A stretch of DNA of 64,000 nt from Lama glama (Eukaryota), in NCBI GenBank assembly GCA_028534125.1, contig CM052816.1:54190001-54254000 (forward strand), read 5' to 3'. Positions 24,286-38,099 of this stretch are shown piece by piece. Position 1 is the first letter of the stretch. Every line of letters begins with the position of its first letter. The notes below the pieces were generated by a model. It made no database searches. It was not told where the DNA came from and was given only the letters and a program-made list of their open reading frames with translations. The translations under genes were made by a program, and so were the position numbers.

Positions 24286-26435
24286 AGTACTCCTCTGAAC
24301 ACTCATATATAAGTGTTTGAGTATCTGTTTTCACTTTTAGATATATACTTAGGAATAGAATTGCTAGGTCATATCGTAATTCTGTTTGACTTTTTGAGGA
24401 ACTGCCGAACTTTTCCATAGGGGTTGAACCATTTTACATTACCACTAGCAATGTACAAGGGTTCCAGCTTCTCCATATCCTTACCAATATTTGCTATTTT
24501 TCTTAAAAGAAATTTTTATAGCCCTCTTAGTGGGTGTGAAGTGGTATCATTGTGTCATTGATTTGCATTTCTCTAATGACTAATTAAGTTGAGCATCGTT
24601 TCATGTGCTTGTTGGCATTTATACATCTTCTTTGGAGAAATGTTAAATTGTTTACTCTTTTCTTAATTGAGTTATCTTTTCATTATTGAGTTGTAAGACT
24701 TCTTTATGTATTCTAGATATTGTACCCTTATCAGATAAATAGTTTGCAGGTATATTCTCCAATTATGTGAGTTGGCTTTTTCAATTTTTTGATAATGTTC
24801 TTTGATGCACAGAAGTTTTAGATTTTTTATTCTTTTGAGGTACATTCCTTCAATACCCAATTTGTTGAGAGTTTTTATTATGAAAGGATGTTGGATTTTT
24901 GTCAAATGCTTTTTCTGTATCTGTTGAGATGATCATGTGATTTTAACCCCTCATTTTTTTGATGTGATGTATCACATTGATTGATTAGTAGATGTTAAGC
25001 CATCTAGCATCCCTGGAATAAATCCCACTTGGTGATAGTGTGTGATCTTTTTTAATGTATTGCTGAATTCTGTTTGCTAATATTTTATTGAGGATTTTTT
25101 GCAACTATGTTTATCAGGAATATTGGTTTATAATTTTCTTGTAATGTCTTTGTCTGGTTTTGGTATCAGTAATACTAGCCTCATAAAATGATTTTGAATG
25201 TATTCCCTCTTCTATTTTTTAGAAGAGTTTGAGAAGGATTGGTATTAATTCTTTTTTAACTGTTGGTAGAATTCACCAGTGAAGCTGTCTGATCATAGAC
25301 TTTTATTTTTTGGAAGGTTTTTGACTACTGATTTAGTTTTCTTAGTAGTAATCTGTCCAGATTTTCTATTTTTTCGTGATTCAGTCTTGGTAGATTGTAT
25401 GTTTCAAGAAATTGATCCAGTTCCTCTAGATTGTCCAATTTGGGGGCATATAATCGTTACAGTAATCTCTTATGATCCTTTATATCTGTGGTATTAGTTG
25501 TCTCTTTTGTTTCTATTTTTATTTATTTGAGTCCTCTCTTTTCCTTGGTGAGTCTAGCTAAAATTTTGTCTGTTTTGTTTATCTTTTCAGAAAACCAGCT
25601 CTCAGTTTCATTGATGTTTTCTATTTTCTTTTTAGTCTCTATTTTATTTATTTCTGCTCTGATCTTTGTTCTTTCTTTCCTTCTACTAACTTTGGGTTTT
25701 GTTTGTTCTTTTTCTGGTTCCTTGAGGTATAAAAAAAGGTTGTTTATTTGAGATCTTTCTTATTTCATATTGTAGGCATTTATTGCTATGAGCTTTTCTC
25801 TTAGAACTACTTTTGCTGCAACCCATAAGTTTTGGTATGTTGTATTTCCATTTTCATTTATCTCAAGATACTTTAAAATTTCTTTTTATTTTCTTTGACC
25901 CAGTGCTTATCCAGTAGCATGTTGTTGAATCTTCATGTATTTGAATTTTCCAGGTTTTTTCTTGTAATTGATTTCAAGTTACATACTATTGTGGTCAGAA
26001 AAGATACTTGATATGATTTCACTCTTCTTAAGTTTGTTAAGACTTGTCGCCTAAACAGTTTTTAATTTTAATGAAGTCCAATTTATCTATTTTTCTTTTG
26101 TTATGCATGCTTTTGATGTCATATCTGAGACTCCTTTGCCAAATCCAAGGTTATAAAGATTTATCCTATGTTTTCTTCTAGGGCTTTTTGTTTTAAATAG
26201 TTTTATATTTAGCTCTTATATTTAGTGCTCATTTAGTCATACATTTTAAGTTACTTTTTGTGTATGATGTGAGGTAAGGATCCAACTTTTATTCTTTTGC
26301 ATATGGCTATCCAGTTGTCTTGGCATCATTTATTAAAAGATGATTTTTTTCCTCATTGAATGGTCTTGGCACACTTATTGAAAATCAATTGTCTCTAGAT
26401 GTATGGTTTTATTTCTGGATTCTTAATTCTGATTA
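24286..26435 (-). mobile_element. L1MB-type ORF2 3' portion, interrupted at 24827-26056
   Basis: ggaatagaattgctaggtcatat...gatttgcatttctctaatgac...tttgatgcacagaagtttt resumes as aattttaatgaagtccaatttatc after the insert. Confidence 0.85.
24827..26056 (-). mobile_element. Internal L1 ORF2 fragment without 3'UTR
   Basis: Antisense ORF2 linker and RT start, ending just after KIQHPF..KTLNKLGIEG (ORF 24672-24905). Flanked by agttttagatttt and agtttttaatttt. Confidence 0.8.
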
Positions 26436-26567
26436 ATGTCAAATGATTCTCTTTGTTTTATTAATTTGCATCTCTTGATTAGCACTGAGATTGGGCAACT
26501 TCTTATATCTTATTGGTGATACTTGTGTTCTGCTTTAAAATTGTGCCAGTTCTCCCTTTTTCTTTCT

Positions 26568-26611
26568 TTCCTTCCTTCCTTCCTTCCTTCCTTCCTTCCT
26601 TCCTTCCTTCC
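26568..26611. repeat. (TTCC)n microsatellite
   Basis: About 11 perfect TTCC units. Confidence 0.95.
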
Positions 26612-27039
26612 TCTTTCTGTGTAGGGTGGAATGGGGATATTGACTGGTAGGGAATATTTTTATATTGTGGTACCATTATGTTGGTTATATGGGTTGCAAA
26701 TTAATTTTTCCAATTTTGGGCCATGATTGACTTACAAGTGACACGTGACTCAAGTTGGGCCAATATAGTTCTTTCCCTCAGAATACAAAATAAACTTAGA
26801 ACACAGAGAGACAGAGCCTGAGAATTGTGTTCATATCTAGGCTCTGGAGAAAGATAATCTCCAGTGATGTCTTGATTTCTTTACTTCCAGTGTTAACTCT
26901 TCCTTTGAATAGGTGAAATATCCCAGTATCTGTTCAATACCCACTTATGTAAAAAAAGATTATTATGCATTCTGGGGTGGATTTATTTTTACTTCTAATC
27001 ACAAAATCAAATTTTAAAAAACAACTGTAATAGCGCTCT

Positions 27040-27780
27040 CAAATTCCTGGCTTCGGTAATTGGTCTGATAGTGGTGCCATTAACTAAAATAGGGATTATA
27101 GGAGAGGTGGAGGGAGTAATGTTTGAGGAAAGGTAATTGTTGCAGTTTTGGACATGTTGAGCTGTGCTACCTGTAGAGTATCCAAGTAGAACTCTCCAGA
27201 AAGGGTGTGAAGTGTGAGAGAAAGAACTAAAAACAGAAATCTAACACTAACTTTTAAAGGGTAGGAAGCGGAAGAGGAGACAGTAAAGTGATTTGAGTTA
27301 AGGTAGCCAGAGCTCTTGGAGGAGAACTCATAGAATCTAGGGGTGAGAAGAACTTCAGGAGGAAGGGAATAGTTAAAGAGAACAAAGAGAAGGCCTGAGT
27401 TTCAAGGAGGGAGTAGTTAATAACTGGTCAAGTAAGATTTGGCAATGAGAGGTCATAAGTGACCTTGGCCTAGCCAGGGGCTGGAAACTAGACTGGAGAA
27501 AGTCAAGGAGTAAATGGCATGTTAGGCTGTTGAGAGTAAGGATAGAGTATTATTTTGGGGAACTTGATGTAAAAGGAAGCAGAGAGAGAAGATGATATAT
27601 GGAAGGGCATATGAGGTAGAGGAGAGGGAGATTAAAGATGTGGGAGACTGTACATGTTTACATGTGAAGGAGAGGGACCCGAAGGAGAAGTAGGAAAGAC
27701 AGGCAAAAGAGAATCTCATTTCCAGGAGACAGGAGAGAATGGGGCAGAACGCAGATAAAGGGGTTCTTCTAAGAAGGAAA
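27040..27780 (-). mobile_element. L2 internal fragment
   Basis: gtggtgccattaactaaaatagg...cagttttggacatgttgag...atttggcaatgagaggtcataagtgaccttgg; purine-rich antisense L2. Confidence 0.75.
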
Positions 27781-30700
27781 GATAATAAGGATGTGTTTTG
27801 TCACACGGAAAATAGTTATACACTGTTTAAGCTTTGCGATGGAGTATGTACAAAGTGATAAGTGGTTATAAAGAAGAGAGCTAGTAAATCTCTGTGGTAT
27901 CTGGAAGACTTCATCCATCTGATGAAGTTCCTTTTGATCCAGTATAGCTGACTGACTGCCTATCTGTGTAATCTGAATACTGAGGGAACCACACGTATTT
28001 GAGCTTTGTCACTTTGTTGTCCTTGGGATCAAAGATTTTGTATACTCAATGCATTTTTTGGGCTCTTCTTCCTCTATTACATTAAAATGTGGCAAGTGAT
28101 ATAGAAAAGAAGTCTTGCTGACCTTATTTATACTTTTCCCTGTCTCTACACAGTTCCATGAGAAAAGTCTCAGTTCTTCAGCAGTTACCCTATGAATTGA
28201 GAATTTTCTCTTCTAATACCTCCCAACCTTTTTCTATATCATGACATACAAGGGGGAAAAAGGATAGTTTTTATCCTGCACACTGGTGGGAACAGACTTC
28301 TCTCAGCTGGTACCAGGGGCTCCTGCCTGACTGCCCTAAGGGCTTCGATACCTTGAGCACACCTTAATATACCTGTAACTCATTTGATATGCCATAGCAT
28401 ACCAGTTGAGATCTTCGCTAAATTCTCCTTGATAGTGTGGTACATTCTCCCATGCTTTAAATTTTTAGTTTCTGCTATATGATAAAGGACTTTCCCTTCT
28501 ACCATTAAAATCCTTACCCAAAGCATTCAGTGTTTAGTATGGAAGGATGCTTATATGCTAAAATCAGATGATTTATTATTCCCTTACATATCTCCTTCAT
28601 AAATGTATATAATATCTTAAAGAATCATCTACATTCAAATATCTTACAGCTTTCTAACTTATCCCATTGTGAAGTTCTTTCCTGTTTCTCACTATATCAA
28701 ATCTGATATAGGTGTTACAGATTATTCTTTGACTCTTTTTCTCTCAGGAACTGTAGATATTTCTTTCACAACTTAGAGTGAAAATATGTCCATTATACCA
28801 GACATTACATTGCAGTATCTACTTAACTATACTTAAGTATATTAATATATTTAAGTAAGTTAATAAATTAATAAAATTATTCATATATCCTACTAGGAAA
28901 TAAGTTATCTTTGTTTTTTAATTTCCTAAGTGCGTTTTAGGCCATTCTTCCATGGACAGAAGCTTTTATGAAATGTGATTTTTGTAATTTAAGGAAAAAA
29001 ATCCTCATTTTCAGTTGTGCATAATTTTATGTTTGGTCTCTGGAGATTAAGAAGTATCATTAACTGTGTGTGCCCTTTGTATGTAGAAAAGTTGTAGGAA
29101 GATAAGAACTTGACCTTTCTCATTTAAAGTGTAACAAAAAGAAAAATATAGGAATGTATTATGCAAGGAAATATTGAGTTGTATGGGAAATTGTGTTTTA
29201 AGACCTACTGTAGATCTATGTCGGTGTCTGTAAGAGAGGATAATTAGTGCCTGTACTCTCAGTCATATCAGACTAAAGGTAATGGGGTGTAAGAAATGGT
29301 TCATTAGGCTCTCTCAAGTACTTTTACTGTGTCCATACTATTTATACCAGCAGAAAAAATTCAGTCTTTAAAATCAAGTCAAAGCATTAGCCTTAGATTG
29401 TTCAATATGAGAAATAACATTGAGTAATGATCTCTTAAAGTCAAATGAAAAAATGGTACATAAAAAACCTACACAGTGTTTATTGGCTTATACGTTACTC
29501 ACACTGAATACTTACAGTGTATGACCTCCTCCCTTCTTGACTGCTGGCTCTACATCTGATGTGTTCCTAGGAGTTTGGAATGGAGGAAGAAGTGAAGTCA
29601 GAAACCAGTTTGCTAAACACAAGCACTGTCCACATGAGAACTGTAAGAAACTTTGTTGCAAAATGTCTGTTTACTTGGGGTGCGATGGGGAGTACTTGGG
29701 GGTAGCAAGCAATATTGAGGCCTTGGTTCTCGCTCCTAGAAAAATTGCCTGTGGTGCTAGATATGAAAATTGGGTCAAATAACAGAGGTTGTAGTGTCTT
29801 TCTACAAACTTGTTCAAATGTTGCTCAGAGAAGTATTGAGGCAGTGGTACTGGAAAAGGGAAGGGTGGGTAGTGTCTTTGCTGGAGCCTGGACCACATCT
29901 AGCTTTGAAATTTTTGAGGTCTGTCTCTTAAACCTTTCCCCTCTTTGATCACTCCTGCTTCCTATAAAACTCCTGAGATGCACTTCTGAGCTTTGTAGTC
30001 AGTGCTGGGTGGGCATTAGTAGCTATAGTTGAAAATTCTATGCCTACTTGCAGAACAATTCCTTAGCCAACAGAAAGAAGGAGGCACCATGAAGAGTTAG
30101 TGGGGGAAAGATCTACCACAGTTAGCAACCTGGGATAAGCTGTACGTTGGATTCTTCTGTGAGTCCTTTCTGCAAGTTTAGAGAATCGGGATAAAGTTGA
30201 ATAACCTGTAATTTCTGTATTGATTGAAGCCTGTGAGTGTTCTTGTAATGTTCTGAAGAACTCATTAGATTAGGAGAATCTTGCAATAGTTATGGATAGG
30301 TCCACTACTTGACTTGTGTCTGGTTTAGTGTCTTAAGAGCCCATTAGTTTCTAGATACCCCTAAACCTTACAGGTAACTGGGCAAATGTAGTAGAAACAG
30401 CGCTATCCTGGATAAGAAAGGACCTTTGGTTGTAATTTACTTGAGAGCAGTGACATCTGAATAGTGGCTCTGTGGTACCACATGCAATGAGAAAATGCTT
30501 TTTTGTTTGATTGGCATAGGAGAGGAAGAAATGGCATAGGAAATATATAAGAACTGCTCATTCCTTTGTGCACACAAAAAGACCCTGTTTTATACATCTC
30601 TTTTGGGACTGGATTGATCTAATAAGGGAGATATGCAGTGAAAATCAAGTACTTATGGTTACTGAAAAGTTCAATTGCCAGCAGATATTTTGGTCAAAGA

Positions 30701-31100
30701 AGTACCAAATAACTAACTTGAGGAATTTTTAAAATGGAATTGACTACTTTGAAAAACCTTGCCTTGCTTCAAATAAATGTTTCTGAAATGGTTAAGTGTC
30801 AGAATAGTGGGGAAAATATTTCTTGATAGGCAAAATTTTCAGTACTTTTGATGATTGACTACCTTTTTACTTCACTCTCCTTAATCCTGGCCTTGTCTTC
30901 ATTTACCCTCAAACTATGTCAGGAAATGGTTAGGTAAAAATTGTCAATGAGGCATGTCTGTAATTATTATTATTTATTAGTTATTAACAGTTCTAAATTG
31001 GATTAAAAGTCTGCAACATGAAATAAGAAAATAAAACCCCCTTGAACTAACATTTTAAATGGCTACAGCTCTTGTAAAGCAGCAATGACTGAATACTTTT

Positions 31101-32047
31101 TTATATAAATTTTCCCCCAGCTTTATTGAGATATAATTGACATTTAATATTGTGTGAGTATAAGATGTATAGCATGCTGATTTCATACGTGTATATATTG
31201 AAAACATAATAAGGTTAGTTAACACACCCATCATCTCACATAGTTTTTTTTGTGGTAGGAAATTTTAAGATTTACTCTTAGTAACTTTCAAGTATACAAC
31301 ATAGTATTGTTAACTATAGTCACTGTGCTGCATCTTAGATCCTTAGAACTCATTCATCTTATACTTGGAAGTTTGTACTCTTTGATCACTTTCATCCCTT
31401 TGCCCTATTCCCCCAAACCCCTTACCTCTCACAACTACCATTCTCCTCTCTGTTTCTATGAGCTTGAATTTTTTAGATTCCACATATAAGTGAGATCATA
31501 CAGCGTTAGTCTTTCTCTGTTGGACTTATTTCACTTAGCATAGTGTCTTTAGGTTTCATCTGTGTTGTTACAAATGGCAGGACTTGCTTCTTTTTATGGC
31601 TGAATAATATTCCATTGTGTATATATACCACATTTCTTTATATATTCATTCGTCCTCAAACACTTAGATTGTTTTCGTGTCTTGGCTATTGTGCATAATA
31701 CTGTAATAAATATGGGAGTATAGATATCTCTTTGAGATAGTGATTTAATTTCCTTCAGATATATACCCAGAAGTGGAATTGCTGAACCACATGGTAGTTC
31801 TATTTTTAATTTTTTTGAGGAACTTTCATACTGTTTTTTGTAGTGGCTGTATCAATTTACATTCCCACCAACAATGTACAAGGATTTCCTTTTTTCTACA
31901 TCGTCACCAACCCTCTTTATCTGTTGTCATTTTAATGACAACCATTTTAACATGTGTGAGGTGATACTGCATTGTGCTTTTGATTTGCATTTCCCTGATG
32001 ATTAGTGATGTTGGACACATTTTCATCTGCCTGTTGTCCATTTAAAT
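31101..32047 (-). mobile_element. L1MA-type 5'-truncated L1 with TSD
   Basis: cagctttattgagatataattgaca...tttttagattccacatataagtgagatcata...gatttgcatttccctgatgattagtgatgttg. TSD actgaatactttt (31088-31100) and actgaatactctt (32048-32060). Confidence 0.92.
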
Positions 32048-32117
32048 ACTGAATACTCTTGGGAGTTGCTATTAATTTACATAGAGCAGAAACGTGCAAA
32101 AAAAATTGAGCACAAGA

Positions 32118-32285
32118 TTTAGAATCAAGAGACCTGGATTTACATTTCAGCATTGTTGCTTCCTAGCTATGTATCTTAATTTCTGAGTACTTCACTCATC
32201 TGTGAAATGGGTAGAGTAACATTAAAAAATAATATGTCTCACAATGGAAGTATATCGTTAGTTCTAAAGTGCTGTACAAATAGTA
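32118..32285 (+). mobile_element. MIR SINE
   Basis: agaatcaagagacctggattt...cttcctagctatgt...ctcatctgtgaaatggg. Confidence 0.7.
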
Positions 32286-32989
32286 ATAGGAATAGCAGTT
32301 GCTGTTACAGCATTATAAAGTGAACCTTCTCATCCCCTTTTTAGCCTGTCTTCCTTGACAATTTTCCTTATTTTTTGAAGTTTAAAAATCCATTTAATCC
32401 TTAACATATTAACCCAGTATGCCTAGAGAAACTTGGTTTTGGACTTTCCATAGTTGCTTGCAGAATTGTGTTGCCCAGAAGCCTGGCATTTTCCATGTTT
32501 ATTCAGGTCCTAAGAATGCAAATATTAACCCAGTTTTCCATTGGAAAACGCTTTTCCCCACTTCACTGAGAATTGGGATTTAAACACATTAGCAGCAATT
32601 AGTACTTGAGCCAAGAATTCAGGTTTTGATAAAAACTCTGGTTGACATTTGCTCCTGGAAGAGAGAGTGAAAAATGGTCCATAAAGTTTCTATTAACTTC
32701 AAAAGCAGCAACATCTGCTGCAGTCCACAAGGCTTCAGGGTCTGCTGTGGAGGGAACAGAGCGCTGTTGGCAAACTAAGGCTCCAGCCAGCAGTTGTGTC
32801 CACAGTTTTTCTAGCTTGGCATTAAAACATTGAAGAAGGAGAGCATCAATTACAGCAAAAACTTGGAGAAGTCTTATAAAACAAAATGTGAACCCAATGT
32901 TATGCTTTAGACTGACTGAGGAAAGTTGGAAGTGCAGCTGCCTGAAATAGGTGCTGCCAAATGCATTTATTTCACAATTGTTACTTCAG

Positions 32990-33092
32990 TTTTTCCTCTT
33001 CTTCCCCCTTTCCCTCTTCCTTCTATTCCTCCTTCTCCTCTTCTTTCTCATCCCTTCCTATCCTTCTCCTCTACCTCCTTTTTCTTCTTCTG
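32990..33092. repeat. Polypyrimidine (CT-rich) low-complexity tract
   Basis: About 100 bp consisting almost entirely of C and T. Confidence 0.85.
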
Positions 33093-36000
33093 ACTTTCTA
33101 CCACAAATATTTGCATAATTCAGTGTAGAAGTTTGTATCCTGTAACTCTTTAGGATTGTTTGCTGATAGAGTCACTGACTATTTAAAAAAAAAAACCACA
33201 CCTTTTCTAAACAGTGCTGTGGTTTTCTCGGTTGCAAAAGTTTTCCCCCTAAAAATTCAGGGGAATTCCAGACCATTTTGCAATTAGTTAAGGACTATAT
33301 TTCCTTATTTTTATTAATTTTATGTAAAGTGGGATTTATCAGTGGAGCATTCATTGACACTGACTTCAATTTATTCTGATGAAACTGACTGACATCTGTG
33401 TGTGCTGTTCATCAGTCATAATTTAAACCATTCTTAATTGCATTAAATGTAAATTAAGACATTCAATTTCAGCCATTATTTTTCATAAAACACTGTGAAC
33501 TGAGTTTTAGTGGGTCATGGGATCTTACATTCAAGATAAATAGGGTAAATTCAAAACTTACCATTGATGTTCATATTTCACCCTTTGTTGACTATTTCTT
33601 TTGTTGCTTACTAGATTGGAACAATTAATTTGCTCTCTGAAGAGATGGATGGCTAAGGAAGATGTAGCTGATTTTATCATTTTTAGAGCTTGCTTATGTT
33701 TTAAATGTGTGATTTTTAAAAATCCTTAACTATTTATTTAAACTAAATTATAAAATTTGAATTGAAAATGCCGAAGAACTAGGTTCTCTGATTTGGAACT
33801 CATGCCTTTAAATATTTGGATTTTAAGAATTTAGGATTCTTACATTTCTTTATACTTTCTTTAAAAAATTACTTAGCTATGCTTATGTAAAATTTCAGCA
33901 TTATGGATTAACTATAGTAATGTAAAATTAGAAACATCTGTGATATATTACATGCTATATGATGTAATAAAGCATAACTTCCTCTCTCCTCTCTACTTAA
34001 CAAGTGTTGTTTTTTCCCAAATATTCTGGCTTCATTTATAAGCAACTATCCCCAGTTCCTGTAATTCTTTCCATTGAATGAGAGCAATCATCTTTTAGTC
34101 ATATGATTATAGTAACAATGATAATCATTAATAGCAAATGGTAATAGGCATTTGTATGATGTCTTTTCATGAGAAAATACCTAAATCGATGAATAAAATT
34201 CACCCCTAAAGAAATAGTACAGCTTATGATGCAGAGCCTGAGAGATGTCAGGCCCAAGTGAAAAGCATGCTGTTAGCAAGTATTCATTTCTAACAGAATG
34301 ATGTATCAAATTGCTATGGCTGAGAGACTGGATTTGGCTAGGTTCCTGTTGCTTATTTTTATCTAGGGAGATATGGAAACCTTTTATGGGTAGTGTTTTT
34401 GTTTCATTTGTTTTGCTTGTTTTTTAAATATCTTTGTCTCTACGTGCATTATTACACACTGGATTATTCTGAGAGAGAGAAGTTCCTAAGATTTTCTGGA
34501 TTTGCCCATGGGCTGAGGCTCTATTGTAGTGTGCAGCAACTCCCTCCAGGATATGTAGATTTATTTAAGAGAACACTCTTTTGCTGCTTACCCCAGTCCA
34601 TGGTGAAGGATTTCTTTCAGTAACAAACTAGCTAGAACTTTGCCATGTCATTAAATGCCTTTACTTTCCAAATAAAAGTTGGTCAACAAAGAAAAGGAAA
34701 CTGTCATACTAGCCTAAGTCACTCATGTAGTAAAATTTTATATGACTATTATATACGACATTTACATTCCCATGTCAGTTCAACTGATGGAGAATGAAGT
34801 GTTGCAGCAAGTCTGGAGATGGGTAGTGATGCAATCATCCTACCAGTTTCTTGCTATTAATATATGTCTCTTATTCATTTTTAAAGATAGCATAAATGAG
34901 AGTACTGAATATAAATGGCTTTTGTAAGTCATTCAGGTCAGTGAAGCATGTCATTGTTTGCAACCTGAGTTCCATGAGAGCGCTGGTTAGTTGATAGGCA
35001 CACCATATATTTTTTCTTATAAATGAAAAACACAAACATTATTCACAATGTTTAATGAATATTATAAAATAATACAATGTGAGTTTATATAGAAAAACTA
35101 GCTGCAGGTACTTAATAGTGTGACCTTACCGTGCCATCTTTAGAATATATAAAGCCCGTATAGAAAGGCATTGTATAATTTATTTCTCCAGATGTAACAT
35201 TAACAAACATTTTATTATGATTTATACTTTGGCTCCTTGAAAGATGAAGTAAGTTCTTTAGTATTAGCATTGCTAATGATTTTAATGAGGCATTAAAATG
35301 TTGCAGTATTGTAAGAACATTTTTCTTTTTTTTAACATTATTTCATTAATATTTCACAGGAATTTTAATGTTAAATTGATGAAAGAACCTGAGAGTGTAA
35401 TCCACAACATGTCAAAGTGCTTGAATAGTGGGAAAGAACCAGAGGTAGGCAGAGCACAGTGAAGTGGGGAGGTCTGATGAGATACCTCTGCCTGGAAACA
35501 CACCATGACATTCAGTCTTTTGTTGCTGAAACAGAGACAAAATAATTTTATTTTCTTGCTCAGGGTTTTTCTGCCACAGTCCACAGAAATCTAGCACACA
35601 TAACGCAAACTGTTCGTGTTCCCAGATTAGGTGTGGAGAAGCCAAACACACAAAGAGGAGCTTTGCTAGGAGAAAACAGTCTGTTGATTGACTTCTGTGT
35701 TAGAGTAACCTTCCTTGCTGGATGTTTACAGTTTGAACCCTTCCTGCTACATACTATTTAATAATTTCTTGTGTTTTCATGGCATCTGAGAGTATGCAGA
35801 ATGCTTTCATGGGTATTATATTGTTCAATCCTCACAAAGACCCTTGTGAGCTATGGGAATGTTAGGGAAAATCATCATCTCCCCCAAATCATAGTACAAG
35901 GAGTTGTTACTCGAATAACTTACAGTCACCATTCTTCAAAGTATATGGACCAGAGGAAACAGGGACCAGAAGTTTTGTCCCAAGCTGAGTTATCATATGA

Positions 36001-36496
36001 GTCCACAGTTCCAGGAAGAATGACTAGCTTTATTTTAGGCATTTGAGAAGGTTTAAACAGCAGGTGAATCAAGGACCGAGCAACCTTTGCAGCTGCACAG
36101 TGGGAATCCTGGTACAAAAGGGAACTGTTCTTGAATAAATTCTCCAATGTCAGGCAGAAATAGCCTTGTTGTGGTTTGGCCTCAGCAGCTGCTTTTTCTG
36201 CCTGGATCAGAGCATGGCAGAATCATATTCTGGCTGGACAGTATCAGTGTCTTGTACATTTCATTATCTGTAAGCCTGATCTTGACCTTAAGCAGCCCTC
36301 GAGGCTACACCTTAAACCTCCATACACCCAGTAAGCGAACACTTTTGTCACCTCTTGCTTTAGGAGAAGTGTGTATTGGATCTTTAACAAGGTCTCTAAG
36401 TCAGCATCGTTGATGCTAGACTCAACTCACCTGGGGGACCAGAAAAACAACTAAAAATCTCTTGCTAATGGAACCAGCTTTTTTTTATGTCCTAGG

Positions 36497-36670
36497 CAGT
36501 GATTTTCAAAATGGGGCCCATGGGCTGTCCATACCTAAATTACTGGGATGGGGGTGAGGAAGGTGAGGTACTTATTAAAATGCAGATTCTTGGTCCCAAA
36601 TCTCTTATGTCAGACTCTGTAGAGGGAAATTTGGGGAATCTGTATTTTAAACAAGATTCTTAGGTAATTC
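36497..36670. mobile_element. MER5-type hAT MITE
   Basis: cagtgattttcaaa...cttattaaaatgcagattcttggtccc...gaatctgtattttaaacaag...aggtaattc, preceded by gtcctagg. Confidence 0.7.
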
Positions 36671-38099
36671 AGAATAACAGTAGTTCCAAGTCTTAAATTT
36701 TTTTTTGATAGGTAGTTTAGGGTATGTATATAACATTTACTTCAGTACATGTTTAGTCTGTAAAGATACCACTTGTAAGTAATTAAAAATATTTCCATTC
36801 ATGAAGTATTTGTACTCCTATTTGGAATGAGAGATTTTCACTAACTGTACATGTTCATGGATCAAGTAGCTCTGTGAGGATGAAAAGTGGTAGTTCTGTT
36901 TCAACCCTAGCATCAGCCAGCCATCTTGCAAATGCACAGACAGTCATTAGTTGGTCTTAGTGGACAAGGTGGGAATGCAAATCTCTTCTCCAGTCGCTCA
37001 GTAACATCTACCCAAGAACCCTAGAAGGTATACAGAAAGACGAAAAGCTGAAGTGCAAGCCAGTCAGTTATGCTGTTTGTTAGTTAATATAAAAGCTTCA
37101 TTGAGGGGGAGATGGCTTATTACCCTGATTAAAGTTACATTTTGGTATTATCTGTGGATTTCAATTATTCATGCTATTCTAAAACTTCAAAGCATGAGAA
37201 ATTTAGAGCTGCTTGTTATTTGTTGTAGTAGAGCCACCAAAAAGTACGTGGAAGCCAGTATCAGTGTAAATAGAGCAGTGCACTCTGTCTCCCTACCTCA
37301 TTTGTTTTTAGCATTTTAATAGGGCTCAAAATTTCAAAGTGTCTGGCCCAACAAACCAAGTCTGTTTCATGTACTACCATATTGGACTTTCCTCTAAATG
37401 CTGGAACTTACATTTTTTTTCCCCATTGACGTGGACTGATAGAAGTGTCTTATTCCATCACATGGACTGCCATTTAACTCTAGTGACTTCTGGTGCCCCT
37501 CAGATCATGCTGACTGTCAGGAAAACCAGACCCCCAGGCCTAAACACGTGCATAGACTTTGATTGCAGTCAATTCATGCACCCTGAGGTATAGCAGGTCT
37601 GTGTGTCAGAAGTGTGTCAGAAGTATACAACATATAAACAGGATAGAAAACAAGTCACTTATTACCCTGACATAAACAAATTTTGGTATCTGCTTTCAAA
37701 AACATATTCTTTTAGACCCTATGTCCCCTGCTCCACTGCCAACTAAACACCCCCCCCAATGTTCTGATTTAGCAAATCCCTTTCTTACAAAGAAATGGCA
37801 ACAAAGGGCCAAAAATACTGGAAGGGAAATCCTCTGGGGAAATATGTGTCCTGGCCTGCTTTAATGCCCTTCAAAATGGACAGTTTGATTCGGGGGGGGG
37901 GACTTCTATTTGTCATAGATTTTGTTAGGTACTCATCACTGCAGCTAACATGTATACATTTAGAGTCATCTAAAGAGTTATGTAGTATCAGTATAAATAG
38001 AGATGCAAAGAGACCTAAAAGACATACAGGAAAGTGAACAGAGAACAGGTGCCTTTAAATAAACACACAAAGATTAGTAAATGGAAAAATATCTTCCTA

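Noticed and set aside
37600..37624. Short tandem duplication gtgtgtcagaa
   Set aside because: Ordinary slippage with only two copies.
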